From contig OZ251518.1 in the NCBI GenBank assembly GCA_965242965.1, positions 64,001 through 128,000 of the forward strand: a stretch of DNA of 64,000 nucleotides. The letters are read 5' to 3'. The notes under the pieces were generated by a model, which saw nothing but the letters and a program-made list of their open reading frames with translations, was not told where the DNA came from and searched no databases. The translations under genes and the position numbers were made by a program. The stretch is from Candidatus Poribacteria bacterium (GTDB lineage: Bacteria > Poribacteria > WGA-4E > WGA-3G). The number at the start of each line of letters is the position of its first letter. Within the stretch, counting starts at the first letter, position 1. This document shows, piece by piece, positions 9,889 through 18,796 of this stretch.

Positions 9889-12800
9889 GTGAACCAAAAC
9901 TATAATCCTGGAAATCTTGGAAATCTTGGAAATCCTGCTCCGGTTTTGATGCTGTGCTTTTTCTTCTTCACCCTCTGCGCCGGTGTCACGCACGCAGTGC
10001 CGGTAGTGCATATTACCTATCAACTCGATTCTGTCCCCGTGACAGACGAAGAAACCCTCGCGATGCTGCGTGCACGAATGCATCTCAGCGTCGGTGAACC
10101 CTTCTCGCGCCACGCTGTCCACCGTAGCGTTGTCGCGCTTTACGCTTCGGCGCAGTTTTCACAAGTTACCGTTGATGCGATAGAAACACTAGAGGGTGTC
10201 TCGCTTCTCTTTTCGCTCAAGGCTGTGTTGAAGATTGCGGGCATTACGATATCCAACGTGCCAGAAGAACTGCGCTTACCACTGAAAGCAGTCCTACAGT
10301 TGCAAGCCGGCGGTGCGTATCATCCGGCTGTTGCGCAGCGGGATGTCGTCAGCATCAAAAACGTGTGCGCGGCGTATGGGTATTTTGACGCGTCCGCCGC
10401 GGCGTTCTTCTCACCCACCCCTGGCTCAAAGATAACCGGCAATTTGACATACCGTGTCACTCTTGGCGCGCCTTCGCTGATTCAAACGGTTCGGGTTGAG
10501 GAAAATACGGACAGCGAAACACAATCCCTCACCGATGCCTTGCGCACAAGTCGGCCCGGCGAGCCGTATCGTCACACTGCCGTCGAACGAGATGCCGCGG
10601 CACTTGTCTCGCTGTATCGGGAAAGGGGTTACCTTACAGCAACGGTTCGCCACACCTTCACACCAGCAACAGGGATGCTGCAATTCTTTGTCGATGCCGG
10701 CAAACGATTCGTTTTTTCATATCTTCGCACCGAGAACTTAGATAGCGAAACGTCATTGCAAACAACGAAAAAACCGGCGGATATTGATGAACAGGAGTTG
10801 CGTAACCTGGTTGCTTCCTCGCGGCAGTCGCCGTTTCTGTGGCAACAGCGCGTCAAGGCATATTTTGAATCAAAAGGTTACGACAGCACACAGGTAGAGA
10901 TTGAAGAAAATCAGGAGCGGATAACGTTGACGATTCGTCCGGGGACGCGCTACGTCGTCACGCGCGTGACTTTTTCTGGAAACCTCGCCTTTTCCGAATC
11001 CGACTTGCTGCGGGAGATGAAGACGAAGCCGCAGGGATTCTTCGCGAAACGCTTCCTGAAACGTTTTTTCAATGCACAGACGCTTGAAACCGACATTGAC
11101 AGGCTCACTATTCTCTATCGCAACGAGGGTTATCCGGGTGTCCGAATAGAGACGCGAACCGAGAAGGATGCAACCGCCGGTGAAATCGCTATCCACGTGC
11201 AGATTGCTGCATCGGCGCGTGAAGTCATCTATCGGTGCGAATTCAACGGGAATAGTGCGTTAACGGAGGATACGCTGCTTGCAGCCCTGCAAGAAGCCGG
11301 ATTCTCGCCGCCGCAGCCGAATGCGCGATTCGTTCAGAACGATTACCGGAACGCTGTCCTTCGCGCCTATCAGGAACGCGGGTTTATGGATGTGGCAGTG
11401 AACGTTCGCTACGTCGCAAAAAACACAGAACCGGTTTTCCAAATTAAAGGTGATGCCGCGGCAGAAATCAGTGCCGCCCTCCACACCGGCACGCTCTCGG
11501 AGGCACTCCATCACCATTTTGAACAGGCAACGGGCATGCGGTTACCAGCGGTATCTCTCGCAACGCAAATCGACACGCTCTGGAGTTTACAAGATACAGC
11601 AGGGATTGCGCGCTACACCCTCCAAATTGACAACGTCATTGACAATGTCACTGTCGGCGATACAGAGAGCGACGTGTCCGCACAGAAACCGTCAGCAAGC
11701 GCAACGAAAATCCTCTCGGTTTTCGAGCATCACCTCCTTGCGTTTGACATCTCGGAAGGACAGCCTGTTCATTTCGGCACCTTCACGTTTCTCGGCGATG
11801 CTGGCGTGAAAGAAGAGGTGCTGACGCGAGAAGTGAAGCACCTAGGAGGCACGCTCTGGACACCGGCGAAATTGAGTCAAACTGTGCGGAATCTTTACAA
11901 TACCGGGATTTTTCGGCGGGTTGATGCACAGCCGAGCGCGGAGAATGTGTCAGGCATTCGCGCGAAGAACGTAGACGGCGACAACGGCGATATTGGAGAC
12001 GAGGCGAAAGATGCGCTTGCCTCAGAAACGCTTGTCAAACGGAACGTTTTCGTTCAGGTAGAAAAGCAAAAACCGGGCAGCTATCGCGCCGGGCTCGGCT
12101 ATAGCACGACAGACGGCTTTCGCACCACGCTCGCGATGCAACACCGCAACCTCTACCAACGGAATATCGGCGTTTCACTCCGCGGCAGGGCCGGACTCCG
12201 AGCTGGCACACTCGGGTACCTGCTGGAAAGCAGATTGACGAAACCGTGGCTGTTTGGGAGAAACCGCGGCACGCTGCAAGTCTCCGAAAGAAACCTTGAA
12301 GAAGATGATAACGTCCGCGCTCTCCAAAGCAGCGTGACGCTCAGTCGGGAACTCTCTAACGAACTGCTCCTCCAATTCCAATACAATTACAGGTTCTTGC
12401 GCCAAGCCACGCCGATGTTGAACGAACAAGAACGCCTCGCTCTACAACAGATTGAAACCGAACCAGATCTTCGCACTACCGTCAGTAGCCTGCGGCTTTC
12501 TTGGACGTATGACAGCAGCCTCCCCTACCTCGCGCCGACATCAGGGATGCACAACGAGGTGACATTGGAATACGCCGGTGGATTCCTGCAAGGCGAAACC
12601 AGTTTTATTAAGACGACGACAGACTTCCGACTCTATCGGCAACTCTTCACCGCCGGGCCAACCGTAGCAACGGCTTTGCGCCTCGGTGTCACCAACGGAT
12701 TGCGTGCGAATCGCGGCGCGGAGCTCATTTCGTTTGAACGGTTCTGGGCCGGCGGCAGCACGACGGTGCGGGGATACGCTGAACGCGGCCTCGGGCCGCT

Positions 12801-13089
12801 GGATAGCGCAGGCAACCACCGCGGCGATATTCAATTCATCTTCAACACCGAATTGCGCTTTCCTATCTACAAACCGATTCGGGGCGTGCTTTTCTTTGAT
12901 ACAGGCAACGTCTGGCGTTCGCTGGACACTTTCGACTTTATCCTCACGGAATTGCCGGCGGCTATCGGCGCGGGCATTCGTCTGCAGTGGGGTGCTTTCA
13001 CGGGCGGCGTGGATTACGCTGTGCCACTACGCGATATCCCCAGTGCCGCTGCTACTCCCCTCTACTGGCGACTCGGCAGCACTTTTTAG
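9889..13089 (+). CDS. Omp85 family outer membrane protein (BamA/TamA-like), multiple POTRA + beta-barrel
   Basis: POTRA-like segments (VTFSGNLAFSESDL), barrel motif RFWAGGSTTVRGY, FFDTGNVW, C-terminal Phe; GTG start with AGGAG RBS. Confidence 0.88.
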   Translation: MNQNYNPGNLGNLGNPAPVLMLCFFFFTLCAGVTHAVPVVHITYQLDSVPVTDEETLAMLRARMHLSVGEPFSRHAVHRSVVALYASAQFSQVTVDAIETLEGVSLLFSLKAVLKIAGITISNVPEELRLPLKAVLQLQAGGAYHPAVAQRDVVSIKNVCAAYGYFDASAAAFFSPTPGSKITGNLTYRVTLGAPSLIQTVRVEENTDSETQSLTDALRTSRPGEPYRHTAVERDAAALVSLYRERGYLTATVRHTFTPATGMLQFFVDAGKRFVFSYLRTENLDSETSLQTTKKPADIDEQELRNLVASSRQSPFLWQQRVKAYFESKGYDSTQVEIEENQERITLTIRPGTRYVVTRVTFSGNLAFSESDLLREMKTKPQGFFAKRFLKRFFNAQTLETDIDRLTILYRNEGYPGVRIETRTEKDATAGEIAIHVQIAASAREVIYRCEFNGNSALTEDTLLAALQEAGFSPPQPNARFVQNDYRNAVLRAYQERGFMDVAVNVRYVAKNTEPVFQIKGDAAAEISAALHTGTLSEALHHHFEQATGMRLPAVSLATQIDTLWSLQDTAGIARYTLQIDNVIDNVTVGDTESDVSAQKPSASATKILSVFEHHLLAFDISEGQPVHFGTFTFLGDAGVKEEVLTREVKHLGGTLWTPAKLSQTVRNLYNTGIFRRVDAQPSAENVSGIRAKNVDGDNGDIGDEAKDALASETLVKRNVFVQVEKQKPGSYRAGLGYSTTDGFRTTLAMQHRNLYQRNIGVSLRGRAGLRAGTLGYLLESRLTKPWLFGRNRGTLQVSERNLEEDDNVRALQSSVTLSRELSNELLLQFQYNYRFLRQATPMLNEQERLALQQIETEPDLRTTVSSLRLSWTYDSSLPYLAPTSGMHNEVTLEYAGGFLQGETSFIKTTTDFRLYRQLFTAGPTVATALRLGVTNGLRANRGAELISFERFWAGGSTTVRGYAERGLGPLDSAGNHRGDIQFIFNTELRFPIYKPIRGVLFFDTGNVWRSLDTFDFILTELPAAIGAGIRLQWGAFTGGVDYAVPLRDIPSAAATPLYWRLGSTF

Positions 13090-13142
13090 TCTTCTTCGGT
13101 ATTTATTCTCCCTTGGGGAGCGGGCGACTCCCGCGCCCTCTG

Positions 13143-13912
13143 GGTAGGAGAGACCACCCAGTCTCGATTATCCCCGTAGGCGAGATCGCCCGGTCTCGAT
13201 TGCCATCAGGCCCTCGCCCTACGGTGGTAGGAGGGGTGTTTTAGATGACGTAGCGCGGGGGCCTGTCCCCCGCGATCTCTCCGCCGAAACGAAAAACGTT
13301 CGCAGCCCCAGAGGCATGGGCGTTTACTGTCACGATCGAGGCATGGCGAGGGACAGGCCCTCGCCCTACGGTGGTAAGAGGGTGTTTTAGGTGCCGTAGC
13401 GCGGGGGCCTGTCCCCCGCGATGCTAAGTGTCTGAAGCAGGATTTGCAGGATTTACAAGATTTACAAGATTATCTCCCGCGCCGCTAGCGTTTTTTGCAA
13501 TGGATACCTCTTCAGGTCCTTTAGGTCCTGCATGTCTATAGAAAAAACAGACATGCCACTGTTTTCAAGGTCCTTTAGGTCCTTAATGGAAATGGCAGCC
13601 AAGCGAGTCAAGGCACATTAAGGTCCTACAGACCTTAGGGTGCGCTGCGATGCAGGATGCTATAGACATTAAGGTCTTACAGACCTTAAGTCCCGAGCGG
13701 AAACGCCAAGGTTACCGTAGCGCGGGGGCCTGTCCCCCGCGAGTGTTCGATCCAAACGAAAAACGTCGCGGTTACCGTAGCGCGGGGGACAGGCCCCCGC
13801 GATCTACCGAACGAAACGAGAAACGTCCACAGCCCAAGAGGCCACGGACGTTGCCTGTTAATACCGGCGCATGGCGAGGGACAGGCCCTCGCCCTACGGT
13901 GAACGGAAACGG
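13143..13912. repeat. Composite cluster of GTAG-REP hairpins, 9-mer repeats and a CTATAGACAT/AGGTCC element
   Basis: Many copies of GTAGCGCGGGGGCCTGTCCCCCGCG / GTAGGGCGAGGGCCTGTCCCTCGCC in both orientations. Confidence 0.9.
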
Positions 13913-13916
13913 TTTC

Positions 13917-15533
13917 CTACTTCCGAATGACCATCTTCCGGGTTGCGGAGAAATCATCCGCGGTCAACGTATAGAAATAAACACCGCTGGCAACAGGCTC
14001 ACCCGCCGCATTCCGGCCATCCCAATAGGCTGCGCGAGAACGGTTTTGATAGATGCCCGCCGGGACCTGACCGAGGTCGAGTGCGCGGACGAGTTTTCCG
14101 TCTGCCGAATAAATAGAGACTTTCACCCCAGCGGGTTTTGCCAACTGATACGGTATCCATGTCTCTGGGTTAAACGGATTTGGATAATTCGCAAGCAGGA
14201 CTGTCTCTTTCGGCTGTGCTTCGACGCGCGTTAATGCCGCTAAGAGCCGTTCCAGCGCGGCGATTCCCGCCGGGTCTGCGTTCGCTGCCTTTGCATCACG
14301 GAGCCACCGCTGCACATCTGCTGCCTGTAGGCTCCCGGTCTTGATGTTTGCCTGTGTTAATGCAGGCGCACCTGCAGCATCCACCGCCTCTGCCACAGCA
14401 ATGAAATCGTCAACATCAACCTTCCCATCGTTATTAACATCCGCCCTCCGGTTTGCACCGGCACCGACGGTTTTCCCGTAGTTTCTGGCCACCTCTACAA
14501 GATCATTGACGTTGACTTTACCATTCCCCGTGACATCCACTGTGAGCAATCGCCACAAACCGATGTCTTGCTGAAGAGGCACCTTGCCCGCGAGAATCTG
14601 CCCATTCGGTGAAAACGCTAAGCCCGCCGACGACCCCCCTCCGTATCCCGTGAGCGCGGTTTTGAGGGCACCGGTGTTCGGATTCCAAAGGCGGAGGGTG
14701 CCGTGCGTTGCCCCCCTCTGGCGACCCGCACTCACCAACGTCTCCCCGTTCGGATGGAACGCTAACGAAATAATATATTGGCGAGGTACCTGCAGCACGT
14801 GCCGGGTGGTGTGCGTATCGGGATTCCAGAGGCGGATGGTTTTGTCGTGACTTCCACTCGCGAGGATGCGGCCATCCGGACTCCACGCCACGCAGTTGAC
14901 CGACTCCGTATGCCCCCGCAGCACGGCGAAGTTGATGCCGTTGCTTGGATTCCACAACCGCACCGTGCCATCATTACTCGCACTCGCTAGCACCCTACCA
15001 TCTGGACTCCACGCGACCGATCTGACAGCTTCCGTGTGCCCCCGCAGTGTGCGCACATGCCGCAGGTTGTTGATGTCACCCACATCCCAGATACGGATAG
15101 TCTTGTCACCACTCGCACTCGCCAGCACATAACTGTTCAGCTTGAAGGCGAGGCTGATGACAACGTCTGTATGCCCCGCCACCGAGCCGCGCCAGTCGCC
15201 ATCGGAGCTATAGCGCATCCGAATCTTATGATTATCTACCCCACCACCATAGGCGATGAAGTGGGGGTTCTGCGAAGGGAGCGCAACGGCGTAGACCTCA
15301 TTCCCGACATCCTGTTCCCAGCGTTGTGTGCCGGTGGTGACATTCCAGGCGCGGAGAGTGTTGTCATAACTCCCACTGATTAGCGTCCCGTTATCCTTGA
15401 AGACTACCACCCTGACATAATGCGTGTGTCCCGTCAAGGTATCGGTGTGGACGTATTGTTGTGCGGTGGCGGTCGTCACTGCCATCGCTGCTATTAACAC
15501 TAGTGTTAAGGTTAAAACCGTTAATTTTCTCAT
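13917..15533 (-). CDS. Secreted WD40-repeat protein with dockerin-like EF-hand pair and FlgD/T9SS-like C-terminal domain
   Basis: Signal peptide MRKLTVLTL, GH...W(D/N) repeats, DVNNDGKVDVDD, LLANYPNPFNPETWIPYQL...SGVYFY...RKMVIRK. Confidence 0.88.
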   Translation of the reverse strand: MRKLTVLTLTLVLIAAMAVTTATAQQYVHTDTLTGHTHYVRVVVFKDNGTLISGSYDNTLRAWNVTTGTQRWEQDVGNEVYAVALPSQNPHFIAYGGGVDNHKIRMRYSSDGDWRGSVAGHTDVVISLAFKLNSYVLASASGDKTIRIWDVGDINNLRHVRTLRGHTEAVRSVAWSPDGRVLASASNDGTVRLWNPSNGINFAVLRGHTESVNCVAWSPDGRILASGSHDKTIRLWNPDTHTTRHVLQVPRQYIISLAFHPNGETLVSAGRQRGATHGTLRLWNPNTGALKTALTGYGGGSSAGLAFSPNGQILAGKVPLQQDIGLWRLLTVDVTGNGKVNVNDLVEVARNYGKTVGAGANRRADVNNDGKVDVDDFIAVAEAVDAAGAPALTQANIKTGSLQAADVQRWLRDAKAANADPAGIAALERLLAALTRVEAQPKETVLLANYPNPFNPETWIPYQLAKPAGVKVSIYSADGKLVRALDLGQVPAGIYQNRSRAAYWDGRNAAGEPVASGVYFYTLTADDFSATRKMVIRK

Positions 15534-15577
15534 GATAAAAAAATTCCTTTGCCCGCCATTAATAGCGAGCATTCGTA

Positions 15578-16072
15578 TCAATCCGCTTCCCCCAGATGCC
15601 GAATCTCAAAAGCGTAAACGCGCATCTTCACGTAACCGCTCTTCTTATACTCGGCGTGACTCTCACATCTGATGAGAAGCCCAGTAAACTCGTATTTGTG
15701 CCCCCGTTCGTAGGTCTCGGGGGGATTCGGTACATCTAGCGGATACACGTCAACCACATTTCCTTCTAGCGTTATCTTCCGAACCTGTTTCGTTCGGAAG
15801 GAGGTCTCAACAAGTCCAGCCACACCTGTGAAACGGACAAACCGCCCCACATACTGGTCCCAGTTCTGCTGCAGCTCTCGGAAGCGCATCGGCTTGATCC
15901 AAACGTGCTCCTCACCCCGTCCCCGTGCAAAGAGCCTCACCTGAACGGGAACCCCATTCAAAGTGCTTGAAAACCCCTGAGAGAAATGAACAATCGGCTC
16001 TCTTGCAACGAGGATTGCACTAACGCTTAAAACCATCAGCGCAATGACGATGCAAAATTTTCTGCAGGTCAT
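15578..16072 (-). CDS. Hypothetical exported protein, possible OB-fold
   Basis: Signal-like N-terminus, GAGG RBS, YVGRFVRFTG motif resembling OB-fold proteins. Confidence 0.6.
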   Translation of the reverse strand: MTCRKFCIVIALMVLSVSAILVAREPIVHFSQGFSSTLNGVPVQVRLFARGRGEEHVWIKPMRFRELQQNWDQYVGRFVRFTGVAGLVETSFRTKQVRKITLEGNVVDVYPLDVPNPPETYERGHKYEFTGLLIRCESHAEYKKSGYVKMRVYAFEIRHLGEAD

Positions 16073-16467
16073 TCAAAATCCTCTTTCGTTTGTGATAAAA
16101 ACCGCGTTAAACCGCGCGGTTTTCGTCTATTCCGTTGTCTGAATCAGGATTTCCAAGATTCAAGGATTTCCAAGATGAGGGATTGCTTGTCCTCGTAAAT
16201 CCCTCTGGCGCGTTAGGAATGATCTCCATATCGCAATTTCTACGAAGGTCAGCCTTGGCGAAGCGATGCGCTCCTAATCCTGTAAATCCTATCATCTTGT
16301 GAATCCTGATTCAGACAGTTAATTGCAATTCGTCTCCAGACAACGTGTCTGGGGTTGCGGCGGGAGGTTGCAGTCGCCTTTCGGCGATGCAGTGCCTCCC
16401 GTAAACGTGGAAACATTCCAAAATTCACGCGCCCGGTGTCAAACACTAGGCGATACAGGAAGAGAGT

Positions 16468-17106
16468 TCAGTCCTGGCCCCTTGAGAGATCCATGGAATT
16501 AAATCCACGAATCTTGATATCGTCATCCCCCTTGAACTGGACATACTTCTCTTTATAGAGTTTGAATAGGCACAGTTGAATAGGGATAACCTCTGAAGCG
16601 TTGATTGGACCGAGCACTCCTGCCTTCTCTAAGGCAGCAACAACAAGTTCGGAACAGAAGAATTTCTCAAAATCCTCCCGATTCGCAGTGGGGCCTAAGG
16701 CATCAAGGATACCATCTATGGCAGCTTTGACGGCTTGGCCGTAATCGTAGGGTTTCCCCTCTTGTTCAAGCAAAAAATCAATGAGTTTTTGCTTATCCAA
16801 TTTGCAGCGGGCTTCGTCACTCAAAGGCAACCACCAGAGTTCGCCTTCATAAGCCTCTTCAAGCCGGCTCAGTCGGCTGAATTGAACTCCTTCAGCGGTA
16901 GCCTCTGCAACTCGGACGCGCCTATTGGGTTGTGCGGTATCATCTACCACGAGTTCGCTGTGGAGGACAATGCCGACATGTGACACATTACTGTTCGTAA
17001 ACAACTTTATCGCGTCGGAGACAGGCTTTTTGCCGGCAAAAGCGATGATATCTCCGGGTTGCATCTTATCTCTGATACTCGCGTACGTACCTCGTTTCCA
17101 GGACAC
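16468..17106 (-). CDS. Permuted papain-like NlpC/P60 amidase (YiiX/YaeF-like, C92)
   Basis: QPGDIIAF, SHVGIV (His), GKPYDY, FFCSELV (Cys after His = permuted order); GTG start after GAGGAG. Confidence 0.85.
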   Translation of the reverse strand: MSWKRGTYASIRDKMQPGDIIAFAGKKPVSDAIKLFTNSNVSHVGIVLHSELVVDDTAQPNRRVRVAEATAEGVQFSRLSRLEEAYEGELWWLPLSDEARCKLDKQKLIDFLLEQEGKPYDYGQAVKAAIDGILDALGPTANREDFEKFFCSELVVAALEKAGVLGPINASEVIPIQLCLFKLYKEKYVQFKGDDDIKIRGFNSMDLSRGQD

Positions 17107-17124
17107 TTTTTTCTCCTCTCTTGT

Positions 17125-17208
17125 GCAGAACGAACCGAATTGAGTCAGCGACACGATGGGCAGCATTGCCCATCGCAGCGTCGCTGGTTTCAACGGTGTT
17201 CGTTAGAC
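17125..17208 (-). other. attC-like imperfect palindrome (candidate integron cassette recombination site)
   Basis: Minus strand GTCTAAC ... long imperfect stem ... GTTCTGC, 84 bp, followed directly by RBS and start of the YiiX-like gene. Confidence 0.45.
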
Positions 17209-17452
17209 AGATTCTCGCCGCGTCTCGCCGCTGTCAGGAGCAAGACACGGTATCGGGTTTAAAAACAGTCCCACTCGGCGTTAACTGACATAGTCTCAAG
17301 TGGCTTTCCGTTGAGGGTAGTTGAAATGTCCTCGGACAGACTCACTCAAATTTCGTCAGCGTCCACTACGGTGGAAGACAATCAATGTTTGCGCTATGCC
17401 ACAAAAATTTGGCTGCGGCGGAGGGGACCAACGCTGTTCTGCCCCCGCGTTC

Positions 17453-17543
17453 GCCGCAACTCTCGCACGGTCCCAACCCCACCGGGCCGCCGAAAAATGC
17501 TCGCGGCGTAGGGTGAAGTGACGCGAGACCGTAGGTTGGTGGC
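17453..17543 (-). other. Long imperfect hairpin just after 137-aa ORF stop (attC-like or RNA structure)
   Basis: CAAC/GTTG ends, ACGGTCTC/GGGACCGT, ACTTCACC/GGTGGGGT, GCCGC/GCGGC. Confidence 0.35.
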
Positions 17544-17550
17544 CTTCAAC

Positions 17551-17964
17551 CTAGTCTTCAGCGAGGGAGTTTGTCAAAGCTAATTCCACTTTGACCCAGT
17601 CTCCCCCGAATGGTTCCCTATTATACAACGAGATCGTGCGGCTGACAGGGTGACCTCCTCGAGGAACTCTGAAACTGATAGTCTTATCATCCGCAAGATC
17701 TTCAGTATTTTCAGACGTTCCCTCATAAAATCGCACTGCGACCTCCATATTAACATGGCCATCGTCAACTAAGCGTCCGGTCATGTCAACTTCAACGCGG
17801 CACTCATCACCCCATCTGACGTGTGGGATATCAAAGTTATCAATAGGGTTGCTACCATCAAAAATTCTTTCTCTCTTATAGGCGCGATGAACGGGCACAT
17901 CTTTTTTGTACCATTCATCATCGATGCCTGTGATAATAATCGTGGCAAAAACGCGTCTTGCCAT
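17551..17964 (-). CDS. Hypothetical beta-rich protein (FYEGTSENTEDL motif)
   Basis: Strong RBS AAGGAG, protein-like composition, 137 aa. Confidence 0.7.
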   Translation of the reverse strand: MARRVFATIIITGIDDEWYKKDVPVHRAYKRERIFDGSNPIDNFDIPHVRWGDECRVEVDMTGRLVDDGHVNMEVAVRFYEGTSENTEDLADDKTISFRVPRGGHPVSRTISLYNREPFGGDWVKVELALTNSLAED

Positions 17965-18126
17965 TTTATGGCTCCTTCTTTAATTTGTTTGGTAGAACAC
18001 AGATGTCCCACCTACTTATGGGTGCTTAATTTGAGAAACTAAGCAGGATTCAGGTTAAAGACACCTGCCACTATCCGGACACTATTCCAACACTACCATC
18101 CCCTCCATTTGCCGCCATCAAGAATA

Positions 18127-18328
18127 GACAGCGACAGAAATCCGCACCACCAAACGCGGCGCACGGAAATCTCGTATGGACAAACAGGGAGAATAACAAG
18201 GGAAACGGGTGCAACGGGAAATATGGCAGGGAAATGCATCGGGCCAGTCCCGATGCAACGAAAGTAACCCGCCACGCAAGAATGCGTGCGGGGTCAAAGA
18301 CAACAGGACGACAAAAGTCGCCGCTGTC
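18127..18328 (-). ncRNA. Candidate structured RNA domain (multibranch, four UCCC motifs)
   Basis: Closing helix GACAGCGGC/GTCGCTGTC, three internal hairpins; G-U pairs favour the minus strand; lies downstream of triple promoter. Confidence 0.4.
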
Positions 18329-18345
18329 AAGTGAATAAGATTTGC

Positions 18346-18519
18346 TTAACGCCTGTGGGTGTCGGGGGGGGTCGAGCCTCCCCTCTGGACATTAAGCCGA
18401 ACGGGAACTCGTGACGGCGCGACAACGGGCATAGACGCACGGCAAACGTGCATCTCTCGGTGCCCAAGCAGGTCTACGGTGACCTCGGTAGCAATGGAAA
18501 AATCAATTCGCTGGTTCAC
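18346..18519 (-). CDS. Small 57-aa ORF (possible leader peptide)
   Basis: AGAGGA RBS then GTG; MNQRIDFSIATEVTVDLLGHREMHVC...QRGGSTPPDTHRR; first ORF after the promoters. Confidence 0.4.
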   Translation of the reverse strand: MNQRIDFSIATEVTVDLLGHREMHVCRASMPVVAPSRVPVRLNVQRGGSTPPDTHRR

Positions 18520-18591
18520 GGTATCGTTCCTCTGTTCGGTTTCGGTTTCGCGGTGGCGCATTTTTTCGCGCGTATCACCGCGTTTGCATTA

Positions 18592-18766
18592 ATGATACAC
18601 GAACATGCAATAAATGTCAAACATTTTTTTGCGAAAAATCGTGGAAATGTTGACAATTAACCACATTCTACATGAATTTCGGTTTTTTGTCAACGTTTTT
18701 CTGCGGAAAATCGTGAAAAATGTTTAAAACTGATTTTATTTTAGCAAATGTCACGTTTTTTGTCAA
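18592..18766 (-). promoter_or_regulatory. Three tandem sigma70 promoters at 73-bp periodicity
   Basis: TTGACA-N17-TAAAAT (18766-18738), TTGACA-N17-TAGAAT (18693-18665), TTGACA-N17-TATCAT (18620-18592). Confidence 0.8.
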
Positions 18767-18796
18767 GGTTATTGCGCGAAAAAAAACGCTGCTGCT

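Noticed and set aside
13650-14234. 194-aa plus-strand ORF
   Set aside because: Made of REP translations plus antisense of the CTD-coding region
18069-18096. CACTA x3 at 11-bp spacing (possible operator)
   Set aside because: Too short to distinguish from chance without comparative data
18176-18232. CsrB/RsmZ-like GGA-repeat sRNA on the plus strand
   Set aside because: No convincing plus-strand promoter, and G-U pairing favours the minus strand; kept only as the minus-strand UCCC hypothesis
18352-18386. tRNA/tmRNA-like T-arm on minus strand (GGGGAGGCTCGACCCCCCCC)
   Set aside because: No TTC loop, and no acceptor, D or anticodon arms found; lies within the small ORF
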